Shown here in pieces: positions 1 through 10,400 of a stretch of 64,000 nt of DNA; position 1 is the stretch's first letter, and every line of letters starts with the position of its first letter. Where the stretch lies: positions 96,001 through 160,000 of the forward strand of contig JANNXA010000034.1 in NCBI GenBank assembly GCA_031409275.1, in the 5' to 3' direction. Source of the stretch: Planctomycetota bacterium. GTDB taxonomy: Bacteria; Planctomycetota; B15-G4; SIAN01. A program made the translations under genes and the position numbers. The notes beneath the pieces were generated by a model. It searched no databases, was not told the DNA's origin, and worked only from the letters and a program-made list of their open reading frames with translations.

Positions 1-19
1 GGACGGCCTACCCGAGGGA

Positions 20-955
20 GTGGTGCTGCGGATCGATCGCAAGCAGATCCATGTCGAGATTGGCGATCGAGTGGTCCCTTGCAGCCTGCGCGGGCGCCTT
101 TTCGAGGGGCAGGACGACGACCCGGAAAGCCGGCCGGTCGCGGTGGGCGACCGCGTGCGCGTCGTGGTCGACGGCGAGCAAGGGAGCATCGAGGAGGTCC
201 TGCCGCGGCGCACGCGCATCGCGCGTCCGCGGCCGCGCGACCCCTCCGGCTGGCAGGTGATCGCCGCCAACGTCGACCTGCTGGTGATCGTCGCCGCCGT
301 GAAGCAGCCGGCCACCAAGCCGGGGCTGATCGATCGCATGCTGGTCACCAGCGAGCGCGAGGGGATCGAGCCGCTGGTCGTGTTGAACAAGGGCGATCTG
401 ATCGATGCGGCCGCCAGCGCGGCGATGGCGGCGCCGTACCGCGAGCTTGGCTACCAGGTCCTGGTCACCAGCGTGCCGGACGGACGCGGCCTCACGGAAC
501 TGCGCACGGCGATGACGGGGCGCGTCGCGATGCTGCTCGGCCACTCCGGCGTCGGCAAGTCCTCGCTGATGGCGGCGCTCGATCCCGGGATCATCGCGCG
601 CATCGGAGCGCTGGTGGCGGCCGGCACCAAGATGGCCCGCGGCGCGCACACGACCACGTCGGCGTCGCTGCATCGCCTCGCCTTCGGCGGCTACCTCGTC
701 GACACCCCTGGCGTGCGCGAGTTCGGCCTGCCGCCGATGGAGCCTTGGGACCTTGCCCATTGGTTTCGCGAGATGAAGCCGCTGATCTCGAAGTGCAAGT
801 ACGCCACCTGCATCCACGATCACGAGCCGGACTGCGCGGTGAAGGCGGCGGCGCAGGCCGGGACGATCCGGCCCGAGCGGATGCAGACGTATCGCAAGCT
901 GCTCGACGAACTGCGCGGCGGCGGCGAGCGCATGCAGCGTCACGACTCCTACTGA
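20..955 (+). CDS. rsgA: Ribosome small subunit-dependent GTPase A (frame is open to the window edge, so the true start may lie upstream)
   Basis: OB-fold N-terminus (AVGDRV), ANVD, NKGDL (G4), GHSGVGKSS (G1), GAHTT, DTPG (G3) and C-terminal CxxxxCxHxxEPxC zinc finger; circularly permuted GTPase order. Confidence 0.95.
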   Translation: MVLRIDRKQIHVEIGDRVVPCSLRGRLFEGQDDDPESRPVAVGDRVRVVVDGEQGSIEEVLPRRTRIARPRPRDPSGWQVIAANVDLLVIVAAVKQPATKPGLIDRMLVTSEREGIEPLVVLNKGDLIDAAASAAMAAPYRELGYQVLVTSVPDGRGLTELRTAMTGRVAMLLGHSGVGKSSLMAALDPGIIARIGALVAAGTKMARGAHTTTSASLHRLAFGGYLVDTPGVREFGLPPMEPWDLAHWFREMKPLISKCKYATCIHDHEPDCAVKAAAQAGTIRPERMQTYRKLLDELRGGGERMQRHDSY

Positions 956-2739
956 GGCGATCGAGCGCGAGCCTTCTCCGCCTGCAGCACCTCGAACGCC
1001 TTCTTCGCGATGAGCGCGTAGCCGTCGGCGTTGGGGTGGCCGAGATCGGCGCTGAAGTAGCGTTTGCGGTCGTCTGCCTCGAGTTCGGAGCGTGAATGGT
1101 CGGCGTGGACGTCGGCGAGCGGCCAGCCTCGATCGGTCGCCAGCGCGCGCAGTGTTTCGTTGAAGACCGGCTCGTCCTCGGCGAAGTAGGTCAGTACGAC
1201 GACTTCGAAGCCGTGCTCTCTTGCGAGCGTCGCCAGTCGCTCATGCTGCACGGCTGCCAGGCGTGCGAACTCGTCGTCCTTTGCATTCCGGAAGAAGAAG
1301 CGGCGGATGCCCCACCATCCACAGCGACACGGCTCGAGCGCGAGGTTGGCCGCGATCTCTTCGAACGTCGCGCGCGGTCGCTCGAACAGCCAGCGCAGCG
1401 GTGCCGTGCAAGGCGCCTCGAAGCGCTCATGGGCGCGTCGTCTGCCGGCGGCGTGCGCCGGCGAATCGAGCCCCTGGCGCGCACCGTCGACGATCTCCGC
1501 GACCGCCATCCATTCGCGGCCGATGGGGAGGTCGCGTGACCAGTACACCATTTCCCATTTGCCGGGATCGCTGGTGAGGAGGGGGTTGGCCGCCACGGCG
1601 CCGTCCGCGCTGCGCGTGGTCCCAAGCGCGAGGCTGCGGGCGAGCGCGGTTCCGCCGAGCGCGTAGGGCCAGCCGACGCGCGGCGAGATCGACTCGCTTT
1701 GCATCGTGGCTTCGGCGAGACGCGTCGCGGCCGCTTCCCAATCGCGGCGCAGCATCGCGGCGAATCCCTGATGGAGCCGCAGGTAGGCGTTGCCCCACGG
1801 ATCGTGCTCGTGGAGTGGCTGCTGCTCGAAGCGCGCGATCACGTCGGGGTCGCGGGCGCCCGACCATTCCGCGAGGAAGGTCGAGACATGAAGGAAAGCA
1901 TCGGACTCGAGCGCTCGCTCGATGGGGCGCGGGGCGGGGCCCCAGTGGCCGCTTTCGATTCCTTCGAGCTCCCAGGCGTAGGTCGCGATCGACTGGCGCA
2001 GGATGCGCTGGATCTCGTCGAAGCGCGGCGACTCGATCAAGTCGGTCGCTGCCTCGCGCATCAGCTTCGGCTCTTCGACGTTCCAGAAGAACTCGAGCCA
2101 GCTGCTGATGCTGCTGATGCCAGAGGACCTGCTGCTTCGATAGGCCGATTCCCATTCAACGGAAGGAACCGCACACGGATTGGGCACGTCGCGGAGGGCC
2201 GCTCCACCGAACTCGGCGCGCTGGAGGTCACCGCGCAGAGTGCGCCAGAGCGTGCGGCCGATTCGCCAGGTGCGCAGGTGCGAGAGCAGGTCGTTGATCG
2301 AGTCGAGCCTGTGCGCGGTCGGGTCGGCTCGAGGCAAGTCGAGCAGCTCCGGAGTCTGGGTGCGATCGTTATTGCCGGCGAGGAAGAGCACGCAGGAGGG
2401 CGTCGACTCGGCCAGCAGGCGATCGAGCGCATCGAGGGCCATTCGGGTGGTGAAGCCCGCGACACCGACGTTCACCACACGGCGCTCGTCGCCGGCGGCG
2501 TGCAGCAGCTCCTTCAGCTGAGCCGGGTAGGAGTGTCCTTCGTCGGCGCCGATGCCGAAGGTGTTCGAGTCGCCGACGCAGACGATCGATCCGTCATCCA
2601 TGTCGCTCGAAGAGTGGCGACTGCTCTGCACGTGCTCGACCAACTCGCTGCCGAGCGCCAGCGTCAGTTCGCAGGCAGCGAGCGCGAACAGGAGTCGCAG
2701 GCTCCATTTCGTCGCGGGGTGGCGGAATCGCTGGACCAA
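949..2739 (-). CDS. Membrane-anchored SGNH/GDSL hydrolase family protein with large internal insertion
   Basis: N-terminal TM; block I CVGDSNTFG, block II NVGVAG, block III AGNND, and block V DLGHPN only at the extreme C-terminus. Confidence 0.8.
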   Translation of the reverse strand: MVQRFRHPATKWSLRLLFALAACELTLALGSELVEHVQSSRHSSSDMDDGSIVCVGDSNTFGIGADEGHSYPAQLKELLHAAGDERRVVNVGVAGFTTRMALDALDRLLAESTPSCVLFLAGNNDRTQTPELLDLPRADPTAHRLDSINDLLSHLRTWRIGRTLWRTLRGDLQRAEFGGAALRDVPNPCAVPSVEWESAYRSSRSSGISSISSWLEFFWNVEEPKLMREAATDLIESPRFDEIQRILRQSIATYAWELEGIESGHWGPAPRPIERALESDAFLHVSTFLAEWSGARDPDVIARFEQQPLHEHDPWGNAYLRLHQGFAAMLRRDWEAAATRLAEATMQSESISPRVGWPYALGGTALARSLALGTTRSADGAVAANPLLTSDPGKWEMVYWSRDLPIGREWMAVAEIVDGARQGLDSPAHAAGRRRAHERFEAPCTAPLRWLFERPRATFEEIAANLALEPCRCGWWGIRRFFFRNAKDDEFARLAAVQHERLATLAREHGFEVVVLTYFAEDEPVFNETLRALATDRGWPLADVHADHSRSELEADDRKRYFSADLGHPNADGYALIAKKAFEVLQAEKARARSPQ

Positions 2740-2772
2740 GACGCGGGCCTCTGCCGGAGCCTGGGCGAAACC

Positions 2773-2832
2773 CCCGTCGAGTCGGCGCGTGGCAGCGCGT
2801 CCGGTGGGTCGTTATCGCACCGGCTCGACGGG
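2773..2832 (-). terminator. 17-bp imperfect inverted repeat just downstream of the 2849..4348 gene (terminator or mRNA stabiliser)
   Basis: CCCGTCGAGTCGGCGCG (2773-2789) pairs with CGCACCGGCTCGACGGG (2816-2832) at 15/17 Watson-Crick positions; U-tract is weak. Confidence 0.45.
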
Positions 2833-2848
2833 ATTCAAGTCCTGCGGT

Positions 2849-4348
2849 TCAGCGCGTCCCGAACAGTTTCGCGTAGCGATAGAAGACTTCGAGGCACAGC
2901 ACGTTCATCGCGGTCGAGTAGATGCGTCCGCCCTGCGTTCCCCACGGGTCGACCTGTGGATCCCAAGATCCCGTCTCATCCCCTTCCCGCCGCTGATGCG
3001 ATACGACGGTGTCGGCGAGCCCCTGCTCCCAGCGGTTCCACGACTCGCCGCCGACCTGCCACATCGCATAGGTGCCGTAGTACCAGTAGTAGAAGTCGAT
3101 CGATCCCTTGTCTTCGTCCCAGCGCGGGCGCTGCGCAAGCAGCAGGTCGACCCGTCGCTTCTGCGCGGCGCTGGCCGGATCGACGCCGTCGAAGGAGTCG
3201 AGCAGCAGCGAGCAGGCGGTCATCGCCTCGCCCTGGTCGTTGGGCCAACGATCGGCCGCGCCGACCTCGCGCGCCGAGAAGCTGCCCTTCTCGTGGTAGC
3301 CGGTGCGGCCGGTCACCGGATCGGTCATCGAGCGCACCCAGGCCAATCCGTCGCGCAGGGCGTTGTCGTCGATGACGAGTCCAGCTTCACGACCCGCCGA
3401 AAGCGCGAAGAGCATCCAGCCGCTGACCGACACGTCGTTGTCACCGTCCGGCGGCACGGCGTAGCGCCACGCCGCGTACGGGTTGCGGCAGCGGCTGATG
3501 AAGTCGAGCGCCTGCTGCGCCGGGGCCTTCAGCAGCGGCTGCTTCGAGGAGTGCCACGCCTCGACCAGCGCCAGGGTTCCGATCGCGTGTCCGTAGAGGA
3601 AGTGCTGGCCCGACTTCGTTCCGAGGCAGCCGTCATCGGTGTCCTGCACCGAGGTGAGCCAGCGAATGCCGTTGCGGATCACTTCGCGGTCGCGGCCGCG
3701 TTCGGGCGTGTCGCCGAGCCCGAGGAAGGCCAGCAGCGCGAGTCCGGTGCAGCCGACGTCGTTCAAAGCGGAACCCTTGCCGTCGCAGAGGTTGCTGGCG
3801 CAGCGTGACTGGAAGCCGTCGCTGTCCCAGAAGCCGACCGGATCCTGGTGGCGGCGCAGCCAGAGGAGCCCCGCGTCGATCGGAACCTGGACCGCCGTGC
3901 AGCCGATGCGGGCGACGCGTGGCCCGTGGCCGCCGCCGTTGGGTCCACCGGCGCCGCCGCCGAGGCCGATCACGTCGTTTTGGCCGTGGCCAGTGAACGG
4001 AGCATTCACGGGAGAGAGTGTGTCACTCGGATCGACCGAGTCCTGCGGGACGAGCGACTCGATCGTCGCCACCGTCGGATCGTCGATCACCTGTTCGCGC
4101 AGCTCCACCAGCTGCGGCACCGGTGGGGGAGGCAACGTCTCGGGTACGAGGATCTCCACGTCCTCCGGTGGCGGACCGCAGACGATTCCGATCGGCGTTT
4201 CGACGATCGGGACGCGGTAGTCGAATTGCATCAACACGACGATCGCGAGCGCGTGCAGAGCGGCCGACAACCCGATCCATGGCGCGCGACGTAGCGACTC
4301 GCGCAGTTCTTCCTCGAACGATGCTCCCGATTCGGCGGTGGTCGACAT
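2849..4348 (-). CDS. Prenyltransferase/squalene oxidase repeat-containing (alpha/alpha toroid) membrane-anchored protein, paralogue 1
   Basis: AGGAG RBS before ATG at 4348; TM segment, Pro/Glu linker, Gly-rich stretch, then GLxWLxxHQ..GxW, TGLALLAFLG, YYWYYGT and GGRIYSTA repeats. Confidence 0.8.
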   Translation of the reverse strand: MSTTAESGASFEEELRESLRRAPWIGLSAALHALAIVVLMQFDYRVPIVETPIGIVCGPPPEDVEILVPETLPPPPVPQLVELREQVIDDPTVATIESLVPQDSVDPSDTLSPVNAPFTGHGQNDVIGLGGGAGGPNGGGHGPRVARIGCTAVQVPIDAGLLWLRRHQDPVGFWDSDGFQSRCASNLCDGKGSALNDVGCTGLALLAFLGLGDTPERGRDREVIRNGIRWLTSVQDTDDGCLGTKSGQHFLYGHAIGTLALVEAWHSSKQPLLKAPAQQALDFISRCRNPYAAWRYAVPPDGDNDVSVSGWMLFALSAGREAGLVIDDNALRDGLAWVRSMTDPVTGRTGYHEKGSFSAREVGAADRWPNDQGEAMTACSLLLDSFDGVDPASAAQKRRVDLLLAQRPRWDEDKGSIDFYYWYYGTYAMWQVGGESWNRWEQGLADTVVSHQRREGDETGSWDPQVDPWGTQGGRIYSTAMNVLCLEVFYRYAKLFGTR

Positions 4349-4490
4349 CACACTTCTCCTCGTGGTGATTGCGTCGCGCTCGACGCGCGATCCCATCCAC
4401 GAAGTGTCAACGCAACACCACACCCCCGGTTCTCATGCCGTCGATCCTCTCGACCACGTCAGAGGTCGCGCACCCTTCCCCTGAAAACAG

Positions 4491-4520
4491 CGAAGGCGGC
4501 GAGTTTCCTCGCCGCCTTCG
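4491..4520 (-). terminator. Intrinsic terminator hairpin downstream of the 4689..6251 gene
   Basis: Perfect 13-bp stem CGAAGGCGGCGAG/CTCGCCGCCTTCG with a GAAA loop on the minus strand, followed by CTGTTTT. Confidence 0.75.
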
Positions 4521-4688
4521 ATCTTCGTCATCACGTTTCAGTTCTTGCCGCCCGCCCGCATCCTGCCGATCGCCAGTTACGGAGCTGAGCGGGGCGAGGA
4601 GGCCCGAGCGCGAGGAGGGCGGGGTGAAGTCTGGCCCAGATGGGCCAACGAACCCCGCCCGACGAAGCGATCGGGCCCCGCAGCTCGC

Positions 4689-6251
4689 TCAGCGCGAGCC
4701 CATGATCTTGTCGTAGCGGTAGTACACCTCGAGGCACAGCGTGTTGATGGCCGTCGAATAGACGCGGCCGCCGTTGTCACCCCACGGATCGACTTGCGGA
4801 TCCCACGAACCGGTCTCGTCACCGCTGGTGCGCTGGTGGCTGACGACCGTCGTCTCCATCGAGCGCGACCAGTTGTCCCAGCTCTTGCCGCCGATCTGGA
4901 ACATCGCGTAGGAGCCGTAATACCAGTAGTAGTAATCGATCGACCCGGCCGCCTCGTCCCACTTCGGCAGCTTGGCCATGATCAGGTTGTTGGCGCCCTT
5001 CACCGCGGGCGAGTCGGGCTCCTCGTGGTTGAAGACGCGCAGCATCGTCGCGACCGCCGACATCGACTCGGCCTGGTCGGCCGGCCACTTGTCCATGTCG
5101 TCCGGTTCGCGTGCCGAGAGGCTGCCCTTTTCGTGGTAGCCGGTGCGGAAGTTCGACGGATCGGTCATCTCCTCGATGTACGCCATCCCGTCCTTGATCG
5201 CCGCGTCGTCCGACTGGAGACCGGCATCCTTGGCGGCGAACAGCGCGAAGAGCATCCAGCCCGAGACCGAGACGTCGTTGTCGCCGTCCGGCGGGTAGGC
5301 GTAGCGCCACGCCTTGTAGGGGTTGCGCGAGCGACCGATGAAGTTCAGCGCGTTCTGCGCCGGCTGCTTCAGGATCGGCTGCCGCGAGAGGTAGTAGCCC
5401 TCGATCATCGCCAGCGTCGCCAGCGCGTGACCGTACATGAAGTGCTGGCCCGACTTGGCGCCGACGCAGCCGTCATCCGGATCCTGCACCGACTGCAGGT
5501 ACTTGAGCCCCGCCTGAACGACCTTCTTGTAGCGGCCGGTCGTCATCGTGTTGCCGGCACCGAGGAAGGCGAGCAGCGACAGGCCGGTGCAACCGACGTC
5601 GTTCAGCGCCTGTCCCTTGCCGTCGCACTGGTTCGTCTTGCACTGCGCCTGGAAGCCGTCGCAGTCCCAGTACCCTTCCGGATTCTGGTGATTCTTCAGC
5701 CATTCGAGACCGAGCTCGACGGCCTTCTGCGACGCGCGACCGCCACCCTTCGCACCGCCGCGTCGGCCGTACTTGCCGCCACCGAAGCCACCGGCGCCAC
5801 CGCCGACGCCGATGACGTCGTTGGTGCCGCGGCCTTCGAACGGCGCATCGACCGGTGAACGGGAATCGGACTCGACCTCGGAGACGTTCTCGACTTCTGC
5901 GTTGTCGTCAGAGACGACCGGGTCATCGGTCTGCTCTTCGATCTCTTCCTTGGGCTGCTCTGGCGGCGGCGGGATCTCTTCCGGCTCCATGACTTCGGTG
6001 TCTTCGGGCTGGAGCGACGCCTGAATCGCCTGCTCCGGCGCCGGCAGCGGCGTCGAGAAGTCGAACTGCATCAAGATCCAGATCGCGAGCAGATGGATCG
6101 CCAGCGAGATGCCGATCCACGGTGCGCCCTTCATGGCGCCGCGCATCTGGTCTTCGAAGGTCTCCTCGAAGGCGTTCATGTGCTGCTGCTGGAAGACCAG
6201 GTTCTCTGGCGGAGGCGGCAAACGGGCCGGCTCTTCGGGCGTCGACGACAT
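4689..6251 (-). CDS. Prenyltransferase/squalene oxidase repeat-containing membrane-anchored protein, paralogue 2
   Basis: Same architecture as 2849..4348 and shares long identical blocks (CDGKGxALNDVGCTGL, KSGQHFxYGHA, PPDGDNDVSVSGWMLFAL, GDETGSWDPQVDPWG). Confidence 0.82.
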   Translation of the reverse strand: MSSTPEEPARLPPPPENLVFQQQHMNAFEETFEDQMRGAMKGAPWIGISLAIHLLAIWILMQFDFSTPLPAPEQAIQASLQPEDTEVMEPEEIPPPPEQPKEEIEEQTDDPVVSDDNAEVENVSEVESDSRSPVDAPFEGRGTNDVIGVGGGAGGFGGGKYGRRGGAKGGGRASQKAVELGLEWLKNHQNPEGYWDCDGFQAQCKTNQCDGKGQALNDVGCTGLSLLAFLGAGNTMTTGRYKKVVQAGLKYLQSVQDPDDGCVGAKSGQHFMYGHALATLAMIEGYYLSRQPILKQPAQNALNFIGRSRNPYKAWRYAYPPDGDNDVSVSGWMLFALFAAKDAGLQSDDAAIKDGMAYIEEMTDPSNFRTGYHEKGSLSAREPDDMDKWPADQAESMSAVATMLRVFNHEEPDSPAVKGANNLIMAKLPKWDEAAGSIDYYYWYYGSYAMFQIGGKSWDNWSRSMETTVVSHQRTSGDETGSWDPQVDPWGDNGGRVYSTAINTLCLEVYYRYDKIMGSR

Positions 6252-6403
6252 GGATTTCCTCTCCGGGAGCCCCCGAGCAATGAAAGTGCCCGGGACGACG
6301 GCAGCAGAACGTGCCCCGCCCGGAATGGTTCGCAGGCGAAGGGGCGGGGATTGTAGGCGGCCAGGAAAAGGGCAGCAACACGAACGAAACGTGCGCGAGG
6401 CGA

Positions 6404-7495
6404 TCAGCTCTTCGAGGCGGCGGCTCGGTTCATGCGCGCTCTCCGCTCTTTCGTCCCAGGGATCAGCTGTTCGATCTCGTCATCGAAGAGCTCTTCGGGG
6501 CCAAAGAATGACTCGGCGAGGATTTTGACCACGAAATACTGCTTAGCGCGGTAGTCGCACCGCCCGTTCTGAAGGATCTCTTTGATCTTCGGCGCCGCGT
6601 CCTCGAACGCGAGCTCGCGCCCCGGCTGGCGCGAAAGGACGGTGAAGAGCATCACCGACGCGCTGCCAATCACCGGCGCCGAGAGCTCACCGGGCTCGGC
6701 GGTCCGCGCGAACGCCAGCACGTCTTCGCGCAAGTTCTCCTCATGGTCGAGGTCGTCGATCTTGAGCAGCGAGTAGTCGCCTGGCGCAAGCTCGCCCGCG
6801 GCCGCCTCCAGGCTCGACTTCTCGATCGCTCGCTGTCGCAGCGTCGCGGCCTTGGCCTCGACCGCGGCGCCGTGCACCTCGCGACCGAGCAGCACACGGC
6901 CGAGTTCGACGCGCGTCGGCACCTTGTGCAGCTCCGGGTTGTTCTCCCAGAAGCGGCGGACGTCGTCGGGCCGGGCGATCGTGCAGCGCCGGAACTCGGG
7001 ATCGCTTTGCAGCGACAGCTGCAGCGCAATGCGGCTTTCGGCCTTGCGCCGCATCAGTTCACGCTCGTCGAGCGGGATCGCCGGGTCGGTCCACAGCGAC
7101 CCCCACATGTCACGCGCCTCCTCATCGACGAGCTTGCGCGTGACGACTTCCGCATACATCGGGAAGGCTTTGGCGTGCGCCAGCCAGAGGCGATCGATGA
7201 CGATCTTCTTCGCCTCCTGCATCTGCTCTTCCGGAGTGCGCGGCGCGGCGGGTCGGTCCGGGTCGGCGTTCCTGCGCGAGTCGAGGCGCCACTCGATCAG
7301 CACGTCGCGGATGGTGACGATCTCGTTGTTGACGGCCGCCAGCACGAAGTTGACGTCGATCGGAGTTCCGTCGGGCCGTTTCGGATCGGCCGGCCGCGCG
7401 TCGACGGGCGGCGCCGCTTCCTGCGCGCACGTCGCGTGCGCCGCTGGATCGACGGTGAGCAGGAACAGGACAACGGCCGCGGCAGTGGAACTCAC
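6404..7495 (-). CDS. SurA-like periplasmic chaperone / parvulin-type PPIase-like protein
   Basis: Signal peptide; LAAVNNEIVT SurA N-terminal motif; degenerate rotamase region (PGELSAPV, FEDAAPKIKEIL); overlaps the mfd stop, a common arrangement. Confidence 0.7.
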   Translation of the reverse strand: MSSTAAAVVLFLLTVDPAAHATCAQEAAPPVDARPADPKRPDGTPIDVNFVLAAVNNEIVTIRDVLIEWRLDSRRNADPDRPAAPRTPEEQMQEAKKIVIDRLWLAHAKAFPMYAEVVTRKLVDEEARDMWGSLWTDPAIPLDERELMRRKAESRIALQLSLQSDPEFRRCTIARPDDVRRFWENNPELHKVPTRVELGRVLLGREVHGAAVEAKAATLRQRAIEKSSLEAAAGELAPGDYSLLKIDDLDHEENLREDVLAFARTAEPGELSAPVIGSASVMLFTVLSRQPGRELAFEDAAPKIKEILQNGRCDYRAKQYFVVKILAESFFGPEELFDDEIEQLIPGTKERRARMNRAAASKS

Positions 7496-10400
7496 GACTT
7501 GCGATCTCCCATCACGCGCGGTGGCGCAGCTGCCGGCCGCTCTTCGAATTCAGCGAGAAGGTACCGCAGCAGCTCCTCGGGCGTGCGGACTTCGGGCGGC
7601 AGGACCACCATCACGCGCGATCCTTCGACATGGCGCCCCTCGCCACGCCGCAGCCGCAGCTTGCCGAAGCGGTTGTAGTCGCGCACGAACAGCAGCACCT
7701 CGCCGCCGCCGGTGTGGAACACGCGCGCGATGCCGAGCCGCCGGCAGTGCTCCTTCAGCTGGAACATGTCGATCAGGTGCTGCACGGGCGCCGGCGGCCG
7801 CCCGAAGCGATCGCGCATCTCCGTTTGCAGCAGCGCCACCGCCTCGGGGCTGCGCGCCTCGCCGAGCCGCCGCAGGATCTCCATGCGCTGGTGGCTCGAG
7901 CGGACGTACTCGCGCGGCAGGAACGCCGGCAGCCCGATGCCGACGTCGATCTCCTCCGGTTCGGCCGGCAGCTTGTGGCCGCGGCGCTTGGCGATCGACT
8001 TGGCCAGCATGCGGCAATAGAGGTCGTAGCCGATCGACGCGATGTGGCCCGACTGCTCTTTTCCAAGGAGATTGCCGGCGCCGCGGATCTCGAGGTCGCG
8101 GATCGCGATGTCGAAGCCGGCGCCGAGGTGGGACAGCCCTTCGAGCGCCCGCAGTCGCTTGAGCGCGATGGCCGGCAACGGCTTCTTCGGGATGAAGAAG
8201 AGCGCGTACGCCTTGCGGTCGGAACGGCCGATGCGGCCGCGCAGCTGGTGCAGGTCGGCCAATCCCATCAGGTCGGCGCGATCGACCACCAGCGTGTTCA
8301 CCGTCGGGATGTCGATGCCCGCCTCGATGATCGTCGTGCACACCAGCACGTCGATCTCGCGCGCCGCGAACGACAGCGCCACCGACTCGAGCTTGGTGCC
8401 GGGCAGCTGCCCGTGCGCGACGCCGACCCGCGCGCCGGGCACCAACCGCTTCACCTTCGCGGCGACGTCGTAGATCGGCCCGACGCGGTTGAACAGGTAG
8501 ATCACCTGCCCCTCGCGCTCGAGCTCGCGCTCGATGGCGGCGCGCACCAGCTCATCGTCCTCGTAGGTGACGCGCGTCTCGACTGGCAGGCGTCCGCGCG
8601 GCGGCTCGCGCAACGTCGAGATGTCGCGCAATCCCACCAGCGCCATGTGCAGCGTGCGCGGGATCGGCGTCGCGGAGAGCGTCAGCACGTCGACCGTCGT
8701 CTTCAGCTTCTTCAGCGCTTCCTTGTGCTTGACGCCGAAACGCTGCTCCTCGTCGATCACCAGCAGCCCGAGGTCCTTGAACGAGACCTTGCTCGACAGC
8801 AGCCGATGGGAACCGATCGCGACATCGACGTGGCCCTGCCGCAGCCCCTCGATCACCTCGCGCGACTTCTTCGGCGGAGTGAGGCGCGACAACGCCTCGA
8901 CGCGCAGCGGATAGTCGGCCATGCGGTTCTTGAACGTCTCCGCGTGCTGGCGGACCAGCAGCGTGGTGGGGGCGAGGACCGCGACCTGCTTGCCCTGCGT
9001 CGCCGCCTTGAAGACCGCGCGAATCGCCACTTCGGTCTTGCCGAAGCCGACGTCGCCGCACAGCAGCCGATCCATCGCGCGCGGCAGCTGCATGTCGCGC
9101 TTGATCTCTTCCGAGGCGCCGACCTGGTCGTGCGTGTCGGCGTAGGGGAACGAGGCGTCGAACTCCGCCTGCATCTCGTCATCCGGGGCGTAGGCGTGGC
9201 CCGGCCGCGTCTTGCGCTGCGCCTGCAGCTCGAGCAGCTCCTCCGACATGTCGTCGAGCGCGTTCTCGACGTCCGCCTTCTTTCGCGCCCACGATTTGCC
9301 GCCGACCTTGTCGAGCTTCGGAGCGCTGCCGCCGGCGCCGATGTAGCGGCTGACCAGATCGATCTTCGAGGCCGGCACGTAGAGCAGCGTCGCCTCCTCG
9401 AACTCGAGTTCGAGGTAGTCCTCGGTGCCGCCCTCCTGCTTCATCTCCTTCATGCCGCGGAAGAGCGCGACGCCGTGCGTCTGGTGCACGACGAATTCGC
9501 CCGGCGTCAGCTCGAGCATCTCGCGGATCGGGCGCGCCGCCGTCGCGCGCAGTTCGGAGACGCGCTGCAGTCGTGTGCGGCCGAGCAGCTCGTGGTGATT
9601 GCCCGCCCACACTCCCGCCGCCGCGCACCAGAAGCCGGCCGCGAGACCGCCGCGCGCGTCGACGATGCTGCGCCGCGGCGAGGCGGGAAGATGGGCGCGC
9701 AGCAGCGTCGTGATGCGGCGCCCCTCGGCCGCGGTGGCCGAGTAGATCACGAGCTTGTCGATGGCGGCATCGAGCCGATCGCAGAAGCGTCCGAGCTCGT
9801 GGATGCCGCCAGCGCCTTCGACCGGGCGCGCCAACAGCGACTGGTCGGCTCCCGCGTGAAGCTCGGGATGGAGGTCGATGCGCGGCAGCGTGGCGGCGCG
9901 CGCCAACGCCTGTTGCCAGTCGCCCGCGCGTCCCGGCTGCTCCTCCGCCACTTTCGCGACCGCGAGCTCGTGCGCGACCGGATCGATGCGCACGCACAGC
10001 GGAGGCTCGGCGAAATGGTCCTGCGCGGTGAAGCGGCGCACGCCCGCCGCCTCCGACTGCTGCACCAACCGCGTCGCCGTCGGCGTGCCGATCAGCTCGA
10101 CCTCGAGCAGTTCGCCGGTCGACCGCTGCGACTCCGGATCGAACGCGCGCAGCGACTCGATCTCGTCGTCGAAGAGTTCGAGGCGCGTCGGTCGGGTCGC
10201 TCCGTACGGAAAGAAATCGACGATGTCGCCGCGGAACGACACTTCGCCGGGAGCGGAGACCAGCGGGGCGGGTTCGAGACCGCTGGCGTAGAGGCGCCGC
10301 CGAAGCTCCTCGCGGTCGATGCGCTGCCGCGCCTTCAGCACGAGGTGTTCGCTGCGCGGCGCCGTCGGATCGCCCGCCGAGTCGGCGAGTGCCGCCAGCG

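Noticed and set aside
2849..6251. Squalene-hopene cyclase / terpene biosynthetic cluster
   Set aside because: Single toroid domain, no DxDD motif, N-terminal membrane anchor and no isoprenoid genes nearby
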